A stretch of DNA of 64,000 nucleotides from Nitrospiraceae bacterium (GCA_050246315.1 JBFWWG010000014.1:1-64000), one strand, 5' to 3'. Shown: positions 22,626-35,143, counted from the first letter of the stretch. The notes: generated from the sequence alone by a model not told the origin. Numbers and translations are program-made.

Positions 22626-24068
22626 TTAGCCCCACACCTTCTTGCCCCGCTTCTCCAGCTTTTTCCAGATCGCGACAAATTCTCTTCTGGCCTGCTGCTT
22701 GCGCTGATGCTGACGCTCAACCATCCGACCCGCCGCAAAGGCCGCCGTTCGGCTCTGTGATCCATCCATGTACGATCTTACTCGTTCCTCCGCCACGACG
22801 GCATCCTGGTGCATGCCCAGGATGTCCTGTAGATCCTTGGCCCGCTGAATAAAACGAGAGGCCGGGCGCCCCACCGTGGTCTCAGCCAGTTCAGCGGCAT
22901 ACCGAGCCCGCTTTCCTCTGATCCGCACCTGGTGCAGGTCCTCATCCGACGGATGCTCCGGCAACGCGCGGACGGACTTTCGCAGCTTGCGAAATTCCGC
23001 CGCTGCGATCCCGGATAGGGCAACATCCGACTGTATCACCTGCGGCTGCCGGCTCCCCGCCTCCGCGAGGTCCAGTGCCGCAAGGTACCGATCCGTCCGC
23101 AACGCGGAGACCAGATCACCCTGAATCCCTGCTCGGTCGCGTATAAGTTTCTGGATCAATCGCCTGACCGGCGGCGCTTCTCGTCTCTCAAGCGAGGCCA
23201 ACTCCTGTTGAAAATACTCGATCAATACGTCCAGATCCCGCGCCGGACCCAGAACCCCGGCCAACCAGGAGAGCTCGCTCCGCACCTGTTCACTCCACTC
23301 CGGAACCAGCAGAGGCAGCGCAGCCCGTAGGAGCGCCCGCAGCCGTCTCGTCGCCACCCGCATCTGATGCACCGCCTCCACGCTCTTTCCGATCCGGACC
23401 AGCGGATCGTATCTCAACCACAAGGCCACTTGCGCGGAGAGCAATGCGCGCAAATGCTCGATGATCGGCGCGTCCTGCGCCACCGGCGGGACCGGCTCCG
23501 GCAAGGGCAGGTCCAGTACACGAAACATCTTGGGCCGGCCATCATGGTCGGCGGCCCCCGCTTGACGGAGCCGGTCTTCCAGCCGGTCGAGAACCGCTTC
23601 ATCCCCGTCGAGGAGCTCGATCTCCACCTCGCGAAAGTGCATGGCCACATGGCGATCCACGACCACGCTCACCGCATCGAGCACGACTTCGGCAACGGCC
23701 CGGCCGTCGGTCGCGATGCGCGTCCCCGTCCGCCACGTCCGCATCGTGACCACCGGCGCAACGGCCGCTCCTCTGAGGTGTGTGAACAACGGGTCCAGCA
23801 CCTGAGTGGGCGGCCGTCCCGGTCCGCCCTGTGCCTCGACTTCATATCGGCCTTCCGCACCGGGCAGTTTGAGTTGCCAGCAACTTCGTCGTTGCTGCAC
23901 TCGCCGGCGCAGCGTGATACCGGCCGTCGCCAATCGATACCCCTCTGTATCGAAGTAGGTGGAGGTCAAGAGACGTGGAGGAAGCAGGGTTCCCTGAAGA
24001 TCAGGCAGGCGAAAACCTCGCCCCACGGAGAGCTTCCGCTCCCGTTCCAAGGAGAGCGTCACCGTCAT
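22626..24068 (-). CDS. CYTH + CHAD domain protein (polyphosphate-related)
   Basis: ERERKL (ExExK), YFDT, REVEIEL; CHAD motifs VHQMRVATRRLR, RDLDV, KRARYAAE, QDILGMHQD. Start uncertain. Confidence 0.88.
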   Translation of the reverse strand: MTVTLSLERERKLSVGRGFRLPDLQGTLLPPRLLTSTYFDTEGYRLATAGITLRRRVQQRRSCWQLKLPGAEGRYEVEAQGGPGRPPTQVLDPLFTHLRGAAVAPVVTMRTWRTGTRIATDGRAVAEVVLDAVSVVVDRHVAMHFREVEIELLDGDEAVLDRLEDRLRQAGAADHDGRPKMFRVLDLPLPEPVPPVAQDAPIIEHLRALLSAQVALWLRYDPLVRIGKSVEAVHQMRVATRRLRALLRAALPLLVPEWSEQVRSELSWLAGVLGPARDLDVLIEYFQQELASLERREAPPVRRLIQKLIRDRAGIQGDLVSALRTDRYLAALDLAEAGSRQPQVIQSDVALSGIAAAEFRKLRKSVRALPEHPSDEDLHQVRIRGKRARYAAELAETTVGRPASRFIQRAKDLQDILGMHQDAVVAEERVRSYMDGSQSRTAAFAAGRMVERQHQRKQQARREFVAIWKKLEKRGKKVWG

Positions 24069-24293
24069 CGCACCCGCTTCTGAGGACTCGCGGGCCCGCT
24101 CCTTCGTCCGCATGGTACCTGTCGGAAAGTCTGTAACCGCGCCGGTCGCGGACCCGGACGGGTCGCCATGGTGACGGCCGGACTGTCGCGGCATACGATG
24201 TGGTTCCATGCACCTCGATGGGAGCATGAGGATACCGGTCGGGGCAAGAGAGTGCAACGGACGCGGGTAGTCGGTCAGGACAAGCGGCAGGCG

Positions 24294-25457
24294 CTACGCT
24301 TCGTCGGGGATCGGATTGCGTTTGACGGAACTGTGAGGTTCACTGAATGTCGCCGGATGCTGTGGCACGCCGGCCAGCTTGGGCGTCGGCGTGGACACGT
24401 CCGCGTTCTGAGCCCGATGCAGCAGCGCATGGTCCATCAGGACCAGCGCCATCATGGCCTCGACGATCGGGGTCGCCCTGATGCCCACACAGGGATCATG
24501 GCGTCCGAGCGTCTCGACCGTGACCGGACTGCCCTGCTTGTCGATCGACTGTTTGGGGATTCTGATGCTGGAAGTGGGCTTAATCGCAATCGTGACCACG
24601 ATGTCCTGTCCCGACGAAATGCCGCCCAAAATGCCACCCGCGTGGTTAGTGGCAAAGCCCTCAGGGGTCAGCTCGTCCCCATGTTCCGATCCTCGTTGGG
24701 ACACGGAAGCAAATCCGGCCCCGATCTCGACCCCCTTCACCGCGTTGATGCTCATCATCGCCGACGCCAGATCCGCGTCCAACTTGGCATAGACCGGATC
24801 GCCCCACCCGACCGGCACGCCTTCCGCCACAGCCGTGATCCTGGCCCCGACGGAATCGCCGGACTTGCGGAGATCGTCCATGAAGGATTCCAGTTTTTCC
24901 ACCATGGTCTCATCGGCGGCAAAGAACGGATTGCGTTGCACCGCATTCCAGGACACAAACGGAATCGCGATCGGTCCCAACTGAGCCAGGTACCCGTGGA
25001 CGAGTACGCCGTAGGTTTCCGCAAGCCATTTCTTGGCAATGGCGCCGGCCGCCACGCGGACCGCCGTTTCCCTGGCTGATGACCGGCCTCCGCCTCGGTA
25101 ATCCCGGATGCCGTACTTCTGCCAATAGGTGTAGTCGGCATGACCGGGCCTGAAGGTTTCCGCGAGATTGCCGTAGTCCCGGCTCCGCGCATCCTCATTG
25201 CGGATCAGCAGGGCGATCGGCGTGCCGGTCGTCTTGCCTTCGAAGACACCCGAGAGAATTTCGACGCGATCCGACTCCTGACGCTGCGTGACGTGCCGGG
25301 AGGTTCCCGGTTTTCGGCGATCCAGTTCCTGCTGGATGTCTTGGACGGTGAGGCTCAGGCTCGGAGGACAGCCATCGACCACGCAGCCGATCGCCGGCCC
25401 GTGGCTTTCGCCGAAGGAGGTGAGACAGAAGATCTTCCCGAAGGTGTTTCCAGCCAT
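24294..25457 (-). CDS. aroC: chorismate synthase
   Basis: [28 protein letters not shown]. Confidence 0.97.
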   Translation of the reverse strand: MAGNTFGKIFCLTSFGESHGPAIGCVVDGCPPSLSLTVQDIQQELDRRKPGTSRHVTQRQESDRVEILSGVFEGKTTGTPIALLIRNEDARSRDYGNLAETFRPGHADYTYWQKYGIRDYRGGGRSSARETAVRVAAGAIAKKWLAETYGVLVHGYLAQLGPIAIPFVSWNAVQRNPFFAADETMVEKLESFMDDLRKSGDSVGARITAVAEGVPVGWGDPVYAKLDADLASAMMSINAVKGVEIGAGFASVSQRGSEHGDELTPEGFATNHAGGILGGISSGQDIVVTIAIKPTSSIRIPKQSIDKQGSPVTVETLGRHDPCVGIRATPIVEAMMALVLMDHALLHRAQNADVSTPTPKLAGVPQHPATFSEPHSSVKRNPIPDEA

Positions 25458-25543
25458 GTCCGCCTAGTATGCTCGGTGGGAACGAGTCCAAGCGAGTTCG
25501 TCGCGCTGGTCAATCATCCCGGACGAATTTCTTGATCTGGCTA

Positions 25544-25674
25544 GAAGTCATCTCAAAACCCTCCGTTCACCCTTCGACAAGCTCAGGGCGAACGGATATG
25601 CTCATGAAAACATTATGGTTCTTCGTTCGTGCTGAGCTTGTCGAAGCACGGTCATCGGGTTTTGAAATGACTTC
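25544..25674. mobile_element. MITE, 131 bp, flanked by TA
   Basis: TIRs gaagtcatctcaaaaccc / gggttttgaaatgacttc (1 mismatch), TA on both sides, internal hairpin cttcgacaagctcag...ctgagcttgtcgaag. The right TA is part of the aspS TAG stop. Confidence 0.8.
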
Positions 25675-27437
25675 TACTCGATCGTGTCGAGCTTGATGGA
25701 GAGTTCCTTCAACTGCTCCGCCGTGACGGCCGAGGGCGCGTCGGTCATGAGACACTGCGCCTTCTGGGTCTTGGGAAAGGCGATCACGTCGCGAATGGAA
25801 TCGGCTCCGCCCAGAAGCATCACCAGTCGGTCCAGACCGAACGCAATCCCGCCGTGCGGCGGCGCTCCATAGTCCAGCGCATCGAGCAGAAATCCGAACT
25901 GGCGTTGCGCCTGATCCTTGCCGATCCCCAACAGATCGAGAATCCGGAGCTGGATCTCGCGGCGATGGTTGCGGATGCTGCCGCCGCCGATTTCGTTGCC
26001 GTTCAGCACCATGTCGTAGGCTTTGGCTCGGGCCTGCCCGGGATTGCCGTCCAGGAGAGGCAGATCCTCATCCATCGGAGCCGCAAACGGATTGTGCATG
26101 AACACGTAGCGGCCGAGCTCCGGATCGTAATCCAGCAACGGAAACTCGATGACCCACACTGGCCGCCACTCATTCTCCCGGATCAGCCCCAGTTCCTTGC
26201 CGAAGTACAGTCGTAATCGTCCGAGCACGTCATGAACGACCTTCGGTTGATCCGCCACGAACAGCAACAGATCGCCCGGTTTGGCGTCCGGCACGGAGGC
26301 CAGAAACTGCTCGCGATGCAGGAATTTAGCGATGACCGATTCGAGCTGTCCCTCCCCGGTGAGCTTGACCCAGGCTAATCCTTTTGCACCGAACCCCTTG
26401 GCCAACTCGCCGATCGCGTCAATTCGACTTCTGGGAATCTCCGCCCCACCCTTGACGATGATCGCCTTGACGAGACCGCCCTTGGCCGCCGTCTCTCGGA
26501 AGACCTTGAACTCCGTTGTTTTCGCAAAGTCCGTCAAGTCGTAGAGCGGCATGTCGAACCGCAAATCAGGCTTATCGGACCCATAGCGCCCGACCGCCTC
26601 CTGGTAGCTCAAGCGAGGGAAGGGCGTCGGAAGATCCACGCCGCCCACGGCCTTGAAGGCCCGGCTGATCATCCGCTCCATCGTCGCCATGACCAGGTCG
26701 CGATCGACGAATGACATCTCCAGGTCGATCTGCGTGAACTCCGGCTGGCGGTCGTTCCGCAGGTCCTCGTCGCGGAAACAGCGGGCAATCTGGTAATACC
26801 GGTCGCAGCCGCTTACCATGAGGATCTGCTTGAACAACTGCGGCGATTGGGGCAGCGCGAAAAAATAGCCCGGATTGACCCGCGAGGGCACCAGATAGTC
26901 ACGGGCGCCTTCCGGTGTGCTCTTGGTCAGGATCGGCGTTTCAATTTCCAGAAACCCTTCTTGGTTCAAGAAGGCACGGACTTCTTGCGTCAACGCATGC
27001 CGGATCTGCAAGAGCCGTTGCATCGGGGGCCGGCGCAGGTCGAGAAACCGGTGCTTCAACCGCAGGGCCTCGGTGACGTCTCCCTCTCCGTCGATCATGA
27101 ACGGCGGCGTCTTGGCCTCGTTCAGGATCTCCGCCTCAGCGATCATGACCTCGATCTCCCCGGTGGCCAAATCGGGGTTGGCCGAACCTTCCGGGCGGCG
27201 CGCCACGGTTCCACTGACCGACACGACGAACTCGCTCCGCAGCACATGCGCCTGCCGGTGCGCGTCGGCGCTGATCTCGGGGTTGAACACCACCTGGGTC
27301 AGACCGTATCGGTCACGCAAATCGATGAAGATGACGTTGCCGTGGTCGCGCCGCCGGTGCACCCACCCGTTGAGCACGACAGGCTGGCCGACGTGCTGCC
27401 CCGTCAATTCACCGCAATGGTGTGTCCGAACCTTCAT
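25674..27437 (-). CDS. aspS: aspartate--tRNA ligase
   Basis: [47 protein letters not shown] and GSANP suggest the non-discriminating type. Confidence 0.97.
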   Translation of the reverse strand: MKVRTHHCGELTGQHVGQPVVLNGWVHRRRDHGNVIFIDLRDRYGLTQVVFNPEISADAHRQAHVLRSEFVVSVSGTVARRPEGSANPDLATGEIEVMIAEAEILNEAKTPPFMIDGEGDVTEALRLKHRFLDLRRPPMQRLLQIRHALTQEVRAFLNQEGFLEIETPILTKSTPEGARDYLVPSRVNPGYFFALPQSPQLFKQILMVSGCDRYYQIARCFRDEDLRNDRQPEFTQIDLEMSFVDRDLVMATMERMISRAFKAVGGVDLPTPFPRLSYQEAVGRYGSDKPDLRFDMPLYDLTDFAKTTEFKVFRETAAKGGLVKAIIVKGGAEIPRSRIDAIGELAKGFGAKGLAWVKLTGEGQLESVIAKFLHREQFLASVPDAKPGDLLLFVADQPKVVHDVLGRLRLYFGKELGLIRENEWRPVWVIEFPLLDYDPELGRYVFMHNPFAAPMDEDLPLLDGNPGQARAKAYDMVLNGNEIGGGSIRNHRREIQLRILDLLGIGKDQAQRQFGFLLDALDYGAPPHGGIAFGLDRLVMLLGGADSIRDVIAFPKTQKAQCLMTDAPSAVTAEQLKELSIKLDTIE

Positions 27438-28279
27438 GCGACACTCGCTTTCTTCGGCTGATATTTCCTGGTCTTGGCGGGCTTGGCCCAGCCCGCCCGC
27501 CTGACCGGCCGTTTGGCCCGTCGCGTGGGTGATTCTCCCCGCTCGACGGCCGCGACCCGTTCCCCGACCAGCTCACGGAGAGCATTGGCCTCTCCGTCGG
27601 TAAGAAACCGGTACTCGCCGGGCTCCAGATTGTCCAGCACCAACGGCCCCATTCGCACGCGGACGAGCTTGATCACCGGATGGCCGACGGATTCCAGCAT
27701 GCGTTTGACTTGATGCTTGCGCCCCTCTCGGATGGTGATCTCCAGCCAGGAATTCTGCTCGGCCTTTTTGACCTTCTTGACATGAGCCGGGCTGGTCATG
27801 CCATCATCCAGTTTCACCCCCTCCTCCAACCGCCCGATTTCCTCGTCCGTGAGCACACCCTTCACCTTGATGAGATAGGTCTTGGGGACATGGTACCGAG
27901 GGTGCAACAGCGCTTGAGCCAGCGCGCCGTGGTTCGTCAGCAGCATGAGGCCCTCGCTGTCAAAATCGAGCCGGCCGACTGGAAACACCCGCACGGACAC
28001 GCCGCGCAGATAGTCCTTCACGGTGGGACGTCCGCCAGGATCGTCCAGCGTGGACATCACGTGCTTGGGCTTATTGAGGACGAGATAGACGAACGGCTGT
28101 GCGGCGCTGAGATGCTTACCGTCCACCTTGACATGGTCGCGGGCCGGATCCACCTTCGTCCCCAACTCGGCGACCACCTTCCCATTGACCGTCACCCGGC
28201 CTGCCGCGATCAACGCCTCCGCTTTGCGTCGGGACGCGAGCCCGGACTCCGCGATTACTTTTTGCAGCCTCATCTCCAT
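27434..28279 (-). CDS. rluB: rRNA pseudouridine synthase with S4 domain (RluB-like)
   Basis: [39 protein letters not shown]. Confidence 0.85.
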   Translation of the reverse strand: MEMRLQKVIAESGLASRRKAEALIAAGRVTVNGKVVAELGTKVDPARDHVKVDGKHLSAAQPFVYLVLNKPKHVMSTLDDPGGRPTVKDYLRGVSVRVFPVGRLDFDSEGLMLLTNHGALAQALLHPRYHVPKTYLIKVKGVLTDEEIGRLEEGVKLDDGMTSPAHVKKVKKAEQNSWLEITIREGRKHQVKRMLESVGHPVIKLVRVRMGPLVLDNLEPGEYRFLTDGEANALRELVGERVAAVERGESPTRRAKRPVRRAGWAKPAKTRKYQPKKASVA

Positions 28280-28652
28280 ATGCCTATGGAATCCTGCTTC
28301 CAGTTTTCGACTTATTCCACTTCCAACCAACAACGAATCCCACAATCATCACGATGACGGCCAGTCCTACTGCCGTAGGACTATCTTCCGAAGAGGAAGA
28401 GCTGGCTATTGCAACAAACAATGCCAGCACGAAACATGTCCAAAGGCGCCAGGAGATACGCAGTTCGGAGAATCCGCCAATGCGTTCAAGCTATTCGAGC
28501 ATCGCGTTTCTGTTTTCTCCATCCCCCATCTTCGGCGGGTGGCCGGGCTAGCTCCTACTGCGCACGTCCACCGAGCACCGCCCTTAATCTTTCAATGCGA
28601 TCACACTTGCGTGCGCGGTGCGCGAGCAAGGGAGCTGCCTGGCCGCCTGCCG

Positions 28653-30209
28653 CTATTCCCACTCAATCGTGGCCGGCGGCTTTGAACTAATGTCATAGAC
28701 TACTCGATTGACACCGCGCACCTCGTTAATGATTCGGGAGGAGATGGTCGTCAAGACCCCACCGGGCAGCCGTGCCCAATCCGCAGTCATCCCGTCCAAA
28801 CTCGTCACGGCACGGATGGCGACGACGTGGTCATACGTTCGCTGATCGCCCATGACCCCGACGCTCTTGATCGGCAGAAGCACCGCGAAGGATTGCCAGG
28901 TCTCTCGGTACAACCCGGCGCGCTTGATTTCCTCCAAGACGATCACATCGGCCTCCCGCACGATCCGAAGCCGCTCTTCCGTCACCCTGCCGATGATGCG
29001 AATGGCGAGCCCCGGACCGGGAAAGGGCTGCCGCCAGACGATCTCGTCGGCAATGCCCAGTTCCTTCCCCAACACCCGCACTTCATCCTTGAACAATTCG
29101 CGAAGCGGCTCGACCAGGCGCAATTTCATCTTGGTGGGAAGGCCGCCCACGTTGTGATGGGTCTTGATCGTGGCCGACGGACCCTTGAAGCTGATGCTTT
29201 CGATCACATCGGGATAGAGCGTTCCCTGCACGAGGTAGGTCGCCTTGCCGTTTCGTTTCGCTTCCGCCTCGAAGAACTTGATGAACAGCCGGCCGATGAT
29301 TTTTCGCTTTCGTTCGGGATCCGTCGTGTGAGCCAGTGACGACACAAATTCTTTTCTCCGTTCCAGCACGCGCAAATTCATTTTGAACTGAGCGGCGAAG
29401 GTCTTGCGGACCTTCTCGGCCTCCCCTTGTCGCAAGAGGCCATTATCCACGAACACACAGGTCAGCCGGTCTCCAATCGCCCGGTGCGTCAAGACCGCCG
29501 CCACGGATGAATCGACTCCACCGCTGAGGGCGCAGATCACGCGCGCGTCGCCCACCTGCTCGCGAATCTGCTTCACCCCGGTCTCGACATAGGAACTCAT
29601 GGTCCAGGTCGGCCGGCATCCGCAGATGTCGAGCACGAAGTTCCGTAGCATCTGCGCCCCGTCCGGCGTATGGGCAACTTCAGGATGGAACTGCAAACAG
29701 TAGATCCGCCGCTTCGCATCCGCCGCCTTCATGGCCGCGACAGGGGAGTTCCCCGTATGCGCGATGGAACGGAATCCTTTCGGCATGCGCTCGATCCGAT
29801 CGCCATGGGACATCCAGACCGTCGTGGCCTGGCCCCCGCCGATGCCTTTGAAGAGATCGGAGGCGTCGTCCAGAACAAGCTCCGCGCGCCCATACTCCCG
29901 CTTGGCCGCCTTCGCCACTTCGCCGCCCATCAGATGCGTGACCAATTGCATGCCGTAGCAGATGCCCAGCACCGGGATCTGTTGATTAAGGACCTCAATC
30001 GACAACTTGGGTGCCTTCTTGCCATAGACGCTCGACGGCCCTCCGGAGAGAATAATGCCGCTGGGGCGATAGGCCAGAATGGTCGCGAGCGGGACGGTGC
30101 AGGGCAGGATCTGCGAATAGACCTGCGCCTCGCGGATACGCCGCGCAATGAGCTGCGTGTACTGGGATCCGAAGTCGAGAACCAGGATCCTATCGTGCCA
30201 CAGTTCCAT
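28653..30209 (-). CDS. guaA: GMP synthase (glutamine-hydrolysing)
   Basis: [38 protein letters not shown]. Confidence 0.98.
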   Translation of the reverse strand: MELWHDRILVLDFGSQYTQLIARRIREAQVYSQILPCTVPLATILAYRPSGIILSGGPSSVYGKKAPKLSIEVLNQQIPVLGICYGMQLVTHLMGGEVAKAAKREYGRAELVLDDASDLFKGIGGGQATTVWMSHGDRIERMPKGFRSIAHTGNSPVAAMKAADAKRRIYCLQFHPEVAHTPDGAQMLRNFVLDICGCRPTWTMSSYVETGVKQIREQVGDARVICALSGGVDSSVAAVLTHRAIGDRLTCVFVDNGLLRQGEAEKVRKTFAAQFKMNLRVLERRKEFVSSLAHTTDPERKRKIIGRLFIKFFEAEAKRNGKATYLVQGTLYPDVIESISFKGPSATIKTHHNVGGLPTKMKLRLVEPLRELFKDEVRVLGKELGIADEIVWRQPFPGPGLAIRIIGRVTEERLRIVREADVIVLEEIKRAGLYRETWQSFAVLLPIKSVGVMGDQRTYDHVVAIRAVTSLDGMTADWARLPGGVLTTISSRIINEVRGVNRVVYDISSKPPATIEWE

Positions 30210-30303
30210 TGGACATCAACAGTGGATCGTCATGTGTCTCGCGAGGAGATCGGAGGAAGGGCAAGCGAAGAAGCCGATTGACGGTTCCCGATTGACGCGA
30301 ACC

Positions 30304-31770
30304 TTACTCCCAATCCATGCGGTAGTTCGGGGCTTCTTTCGTGATAATCACGTCGTGCACATGACCCTCTCGCAAGCCTGCAACCGTCTGGCGGATGAAG
30401 CGGGCGTTCCGCTGCAATTCCGCAATCGTCTTGCACCCGCAATAGCCCATGCCGGAACGGAGGCCCCCGACCAATTGAAACACGACGTTCGAGAGCGGTC
30501 CTTTGTACGGGACGCGGCCTTCGATGCCTTCCGGCACCAGCTTGGATTCCGGCCGTCCGGCCTGACCGTACCGGTCTTTCCCTCCCCGCTCCATCGCACC
30601 GATGGAGCCCATGCCCCGATATACCTTGTACGTGCGGGCCTGATACAGCACGGTTTCACCCGGTGATTCTTCAGTGCCGGCGAACAGGCTCCCGATCATC
30701 ACCGCCGATGCGCCGGCGGCCAGCGCCTTGGTCACATCTCCTGAAAATTTGATGCCGCCGTCGGCGATGATCGGAACCCCCGATCCGGCAACGGCCTTTG
30801 CGCATGCGGCAATCGCCGTGAGCTGCGGCATACCGGCCCCGGATACGATCCGTGTGGTGCAGATTGACCCGGGCCCCACCCCGACCTTAATCGCGTCCAC
30901 CCCGGCCTTCAACAGGTCCTTCGCCGCCCCATCGGTTGCGATATTGCCGGCAACCACCTGCAAGCCGGAATATTTCTTCTTCAGCATCCGGACGCGGTCG
31001 AGCACCGCTTGGGAATGGCCATGGGCCGTGTCCACCACCACCAGATCCACCCCGGCCTTGGCGAGCAACTCTACCCGCTGATCCGTATCCGGCCCGACAC
31101 CAATGGCCGCTCCGACGCGAAGCCGTCCATGCTCGTCCTTGCATGCATTCGGGTACTTGATGCGCTTTTCAATGTCCTTGATCGTGATCAGGCCCTTCAG
31201 CTCGAATTGTTTGTTGACGACCGGCAGTTTCTCAATCCGGTGCTCGTGCAGAATCTCCCTGGCCTTCTCCAGCGTCGTGCCTTCCGGCGCCGTCACAAGC
31301 TTCTCCCGTTTCATGACCTGCGAGACCTTCAACTCCATCCGTGTCTCGAACCGGAGATCGCGGTTGGTGAGAATGCCGACCAGCTTCCCGTGCTTCGTCA
31401 CCGGAATGCCGGAAATGCGGTAGCGGGTCATCAGCTCATGGGCATCTCTGATGGTCTGATCCGGCGAGATCGTCACGGGATCGAGGATCATCCCGCTTTC
31501 CGACTTCTTTACACGATCCACCTCGGCCGCCTGGTCAACCGGCGAGAGGACGCGGTGGACGATTCCGATCCCTCCTTCGCGGGCCATGGCGATCGCGAGG
31601 CGGGCTTCCGTAACCGTATCCATCGCCGCGCTCATGATCGGGATGTGTACCCCGACGGTTCTCGTCACCATCGTGCCCGTTTCGACTTCATTGGGCAACA
31701 CGTTCGACCGTGCCGGCACCAGCACCACGTCATCAAACGTCAGACCGACGGGAGTATTGTCATCCAGCAT
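30304..31770 (-). CDS. guaB: IMP dehydrogenase
   Basis: [33 protein letters not shown] pair. Confidence 0.98.
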   Translation of the reverse strand: MLDDNTPVGLTFDDVVLVPARSNVLPNEVETGTMVTRTVGVHIPIMSAAMDTVTEARLAIAMAREGGIGIVHRVLSPVDQAAEVDRVKKSESGMILDPVTISPDQTIRDAHELMTRYRISGIPVTKHGKLVGILTNRDLRFETRMELKVSQVMKREKLVTAPEGTTLEKAREILHEHRIEKLPVVNKQFELKGLITIKDIEKRIKYPNACKDEHGRLRVGAAIGVGPDTDQRVELLAKAGVDLVVVDTAHGHSQAVLDRVRMLKKKYSGLQVVAGNIATDGAAKDLLKAGVDAIKVGVGPGSICTTRIVSGAGMPQLTAIAACAKAVAGSGVPIIADGGIKFSGDVTKALAAGASAVMIGSLFAGTEESPGETVLYQARTYKVYRGMGSIGAMERGGKDRYGQAGRPESKLVPEGIEGRVPYKGPLSNVVFQLVGGLRSGMGYCGCKTIAELQRNARFIRQTVAGLREGHVHDVIITKEAPNYRMDWE

Positions 31771-32114
31771 GAGTCACCTGTGGGAGCATGCGCCTCGGCG
31801 GCGCATCGACCTGTACCCCTGAATCCGCAGACCTCAGATCGAATGGAAACACGAAACTCCGGACCGGCCTGCCGTCAGCCGGACATTCAGGAACGCGACG
31901 CGCCGGCCGGTTAACCCGCATTGTTCACAAGAATTCGCGACGCAACAGCGGAGATCCCACGCGTTGGCCCCACGGTATGGAGAGGAACCATGAGCACTCC
32001 CACAGGAACCGCAAGGAAGGGAGGCAGACTTGCCGCAGTCTGTTGACCGACCGAGCGGCGAGTCCGCCCGGTTGGCCGCCCCGAAGTCGCGGCCCGCCTT
32101 GTCGCCGCCGGAGC

Positions 32115-32141
32115 ACCCGTTGCTCCTTGGCGGCAACGGGT
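32115..32141 (-). terminator. hairpin downstream of the NHL gene
   Basis: acccgttgc-9 nt-gcaacgggt; no U-tract, so the function is uncertain. Confidence 0.35.
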
Positions 32142-32182
32142 CGCACGGCGGTTGCAGTGAAAGACATCGTGACTAGTGCGAG

Positions 32183-35143
32183 TTAGGACGGTTGAACGGT
32201 TCGCGGATCGCTCAACGCCGCGGTCGCCTCCGCCTCCTCCCGCAGCCGCTCCTCCCCTTCTTCGGCCGGCATGAACTGTTGAATTCTGGAGTTGGCGCTG
32301 TCCACGACAAAAATGCTGCCGCGCGGGCCGACCGCAATCCCGTATGGGAAATTGAATTGTCCGTCGCCGTTGCCGAAGCCGCCCCATTGCGTGATGAAAT
32401 TGCCCTCCCGATCGAACTTTTCGATCCGGTGGTTGCCGGCGTCGGACACATAGACATCCGCGTTGGCATCAATCGCGATCCCCCATGGATTTCGAAGCTG
32501 TCCTGCCTCGAACGCGGTCACACTGCTGGCATGGCCGGCGTCGACGCTGCCGCCCCACTTGGTCAACAATTGGGGCAAGACGTTGGTGCTGGTATCGAAC
32601 TTCTGGATGCGGTGGTTGCCCATGTCCACGACGTAGACGGAGCCATCGGATTCATCGACGCAGATGCCGCGCGGGAAATAAAACTGCCCGTCGTGGTTCC
32701 CGAAGCTACCCCAGGCCATGATGAACTCGCCCGTGAGGTCGAACTTCTGCACGCGGAAATTCGCGCTGTCCACCACGTATACGTATCCTCGCACCCGATC
32801 GACGGCAATTCCCCATGGCGCGTTGAATTGCCCCTCGCCGTTGCCCCGCGATCCGAATTTCATGAGGTAGCCGCCCAGCTTGCCGTCAAATTTCTGCACA
32901 CGATGGTTGTTCGTATCCACGACCCAGACGTCGCCCTTCGCGTCGCAGGCAATCCCCGTCGGATTGTGAAAGCTCCCGTTGGCCGATCCGAACGATCCCC
33001 AGAGAATGATGAAATTGCCCGCGCTGTCGAATTTCTGGACGCGATTGTTGCCGTTGTCCACCACGAACACGCCGCCTTGCTGATCGACGGTCAGTCCGTA
33101 CATCGGCGGCATGAACTCGCCGCCATGTAATAAGGACGCCCCACGTCCCGGCTTGCCCCACTTCGACACGCACAGGTACCCCGACGTATTGACCAGGATC
33201 GTGGCGCTGGCCGGGACCGAAATGTTCTGTCCCACATCCTTGAACCACACATAGATGGTCTTCTGTCCGTCCCCCGGGGAGAGCACGAACGGAATCGTCG
33301 CCCCGAACTTCATGGCCGGCTCGACCTCGACCCATCCGGGGCTGCCCGCCATCGGGGCCATCGGATTTTCCGAAATGTAGTAGGCCCCAACGCCCGAATC
33401 CACATCGTTGGCCGAAATCGTCACGATGACTTCCGGCGTATTCGTCATGAATGCGCCGTGGTTGAGCACGGCAAAGGGGGTCTGCGGCGCAGTGATGTCG
33501 ATCAGCACCGGGGTCTCCGTCACTTCCGCGGAGAGTCCGCTCTCAAGCTCGCCGTCATAGACGGCCGTCAACGCGTAGTAATAGGTCGTATCGTTGCTCA
33601 ATCCGCTATGGACGTAGGGATTCTCCACTCCCTCGATCTTGGTGGCCCCCTCCTTCGTGAAGCCAGAATTGGTGCTGAAGTAGAGATTGTAGGAGACGGC
33701 GCCCGGCATCTCCATCCAGCTCACGGTGACCTCCGTATCACCGGCCTTGGCCACGACGCCGCGAGGCGTCTTGTCGTCGGCGGTTTCTTCCCGTTTTGCC
33801 TGGAGTGTCCGGTTCAGTTCTTCCTCCGTCGGCACGTACTTGATGATGCGATTGTTGCCGCTGTCCACCACGAACACATGGCCTTCCTTGTCGATGGCAA
33901 TGCCGGACGGAAAATTGAGCTGCCCCTCGCTCAGGCCGCGATTGCCCCAGGAGCAGAGAAAGGTCCCGTTGCCGTCGAACTTCTGGATGCGGTGATTCTC
34001 CTGATCCACGACGTAGACATTCCCCATGGCGTCGCAGGCCACGCCCCAGGGACGTTTGAATTGCCCCGGGCCGCTCCCCTCGCGTCCCCACTTCGTCAGA
34101 AAGCTGCCGCGGGCGTCGAATTTCTGAATGCGGTGGTTTCCTTCTTCCGACACATAAATATTGCCGACGAAATCAACCGTGATACCGCGGGGGTAGAAAA
34201 ATGCGCCGTCATAGCTGCCGTCGCGTCCCCACTTGAGAAGCGGCGTGCCGTCGTGAGTGAACTTCTGAATCCTGGCGTTGCTCGTGTCCGATACGTACAG
34301 GTTGCCTTCACGGTCGGTGGCCACGCCCCAGGGCACGTCGAAACGTCCGATATCGGCCCCGCGCCAGGCAAATCCGAATTTGCCCCAGGTGTGCATGTAG
34401 TTGCCGTCCCCATCGAACTTCTGAATGCGGTTGTTGCCGCTGTCTGCCACATACACTTCGCCGGCGGAGCCGACGGCCACACCCCGCGGATAGTAAAATT
34501 CCCCCTCAGCGGCCCCCGCACTACCGCCCCACCGAGCGAGAAACCTTCCCGTCTTGTCGAATTTTTGAATGGAATGATTGTCGGTGTCGCCCACGTAGAT
34601 GTAGCCGTCCTTGTCAAGAGCAACCCCGGTTGGGGAGTTGAATTCGCCGTCATCAACTCCTTCGCAGCCGATGATCTGGGCCACGAGGTACGGCGAAGGA
34701 ATCGTCATGACTTCTTGCGACTCCGGGCTCTCCCCTTTCTGCGTCACCACCGTCACGACGTAGTGATAGCAGGTACCGTTGGCGAGGTCCTCATGCAGGT
34801 AGGGTGAGGAGGGTCCTTCGATGCAAGTCCCTTTTTCTTTCGTCACGCCGATTTTGGTCTTGAAGTCCTGAGGGCCCGCAATCGGCCGCGTCAATTCCGA
34901 AAACTTGATCTGCACGCCCTTGGTCGTCATGTAGTAGACGTTGTAGTACATGGCGTCTGCAACAGAATCCCAGGTCAACAACACACGACCGTTCCCAGGC
35001 TGGGCCTTGAGGTTCATCGGCGCCGGTGGAAGTTCGTCTTCCGCCGTCACTTCGCCCGTCCCCCACTCCTCCGAGCTGGACTGGACGGAGAGTCGTAAAC
35101 GGGATCGGTGGTCTTCTTCCTCAAAAAGCCAGCTGAGCCTCAT
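32183..35143 (-). CDS. 986-aa protein: FN3 - NHL beta-propeller - FN3 - Ig-like - NHL beta-propeller
   Basis: About 12 repeats of GxFxxPxGxAxDxxGxxYVxDxxNxRIQKF; two FN3 modules (LTWDSVADAMYYNVY...YYVVT; VSWMEMPGAVSYNLY...YYYALTA). No signal peptide seen. Confidence 0.9.
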   Translation of the reverse strand: MRLSWLFEEEDHRSRLRLSVQSSSEEWGTGEVTAEDELPPAPMNLKAQPGNGRVLLTWDSVADAMYYNVYYMTTKGVQIKFSELTRPIAGPQDFKTKIGVTKEKGTCIEGPSSPYLHEDLANGTCYHYVVTVVTQKGESPESQEVMTIPSPYLVAQIIGCEGVDDGEFNSPTGVALDKDGYIYVGDTDNHSIQKFDKTGRFLARWGGSAGAAEGEFYYPRGVAVGSAGEVYVADSGNNRIQKFDGDGNYMHTWGKFGFAWRGADIGRFDVPWGVATDREGNLYVSDTSNARIQKFTHDGTPLLKWGRDGSYDGAFFYPRGITVDFVGNIYVSEEGNHRIQKFDARGSFLTKWGREGSGPGQFKRPWGVACDAMGNVYVVDQENHRIQKFDGNGTFLCSWGNRGLSEGQLNFPSGIAIDKEGHVFVVDSGNNRIIKYVPTEEELNRTLQAKREETADDKTPRGVVAKAGDTEVTVSWMEMPGAVSYNLYFSTNSGFTKEGATKIEGVENPYVHSGLSNDTTYYYALTAVYDGELESGLSAEVTETPVLIDITAPQTPFAVLNHGAFMTNTPEVIVTISANDVDSGVGAYYISENPMAPMAGSPGWVEVEPAMKFGATIPFVLSPGDGQKTIYVWFKDVGQNISVPASATILVNTSGYLCVSKWGKPGRGASLLHGGEFMPPMYGLTVDQQGGVFVVDNGNNRVQKFDSAGNFIILWGSFGSANGSFHNPTGIACDAKGDVWVVDTNNHRVQKFDGKLGGYLMKFGSRGNGEGQFNAPWGIAVDRVRGYVYVVDSANFRVQKFDLTGEFIMAWGSFGNHDGQFYFPRGICVDESDGSVYVVDMGNHRIQKFDTSTNVLPQLLTKWGGSVDAGHASSVTAFEAGQLRNPWGIAIDANADVYVSDAGNHRIEKFDREGNFITQWGGFGNGDGQFNFPYGIAVGPRGSIFVVDSANSRIQQFMPAEEGEERLREEAEATAALSDPRTVQPS

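Noticed and set aside
31834..32167. Cys-rich 100-aa ORF and overlapping ORFs between the NHL gene and guaB as a possible RiPP precursor
   Set aside because: Three frames are open, there is no clear RBS/start for the Cys-rich frame, and no modifying enzymes are adjacent.
24168..34807. Long antisense ORFs opposite aroC, aspS, guaB and the NHL gene
   Set aside because: These are typical shadow ORFs of GC-rich coding sequence with no independent motifs.
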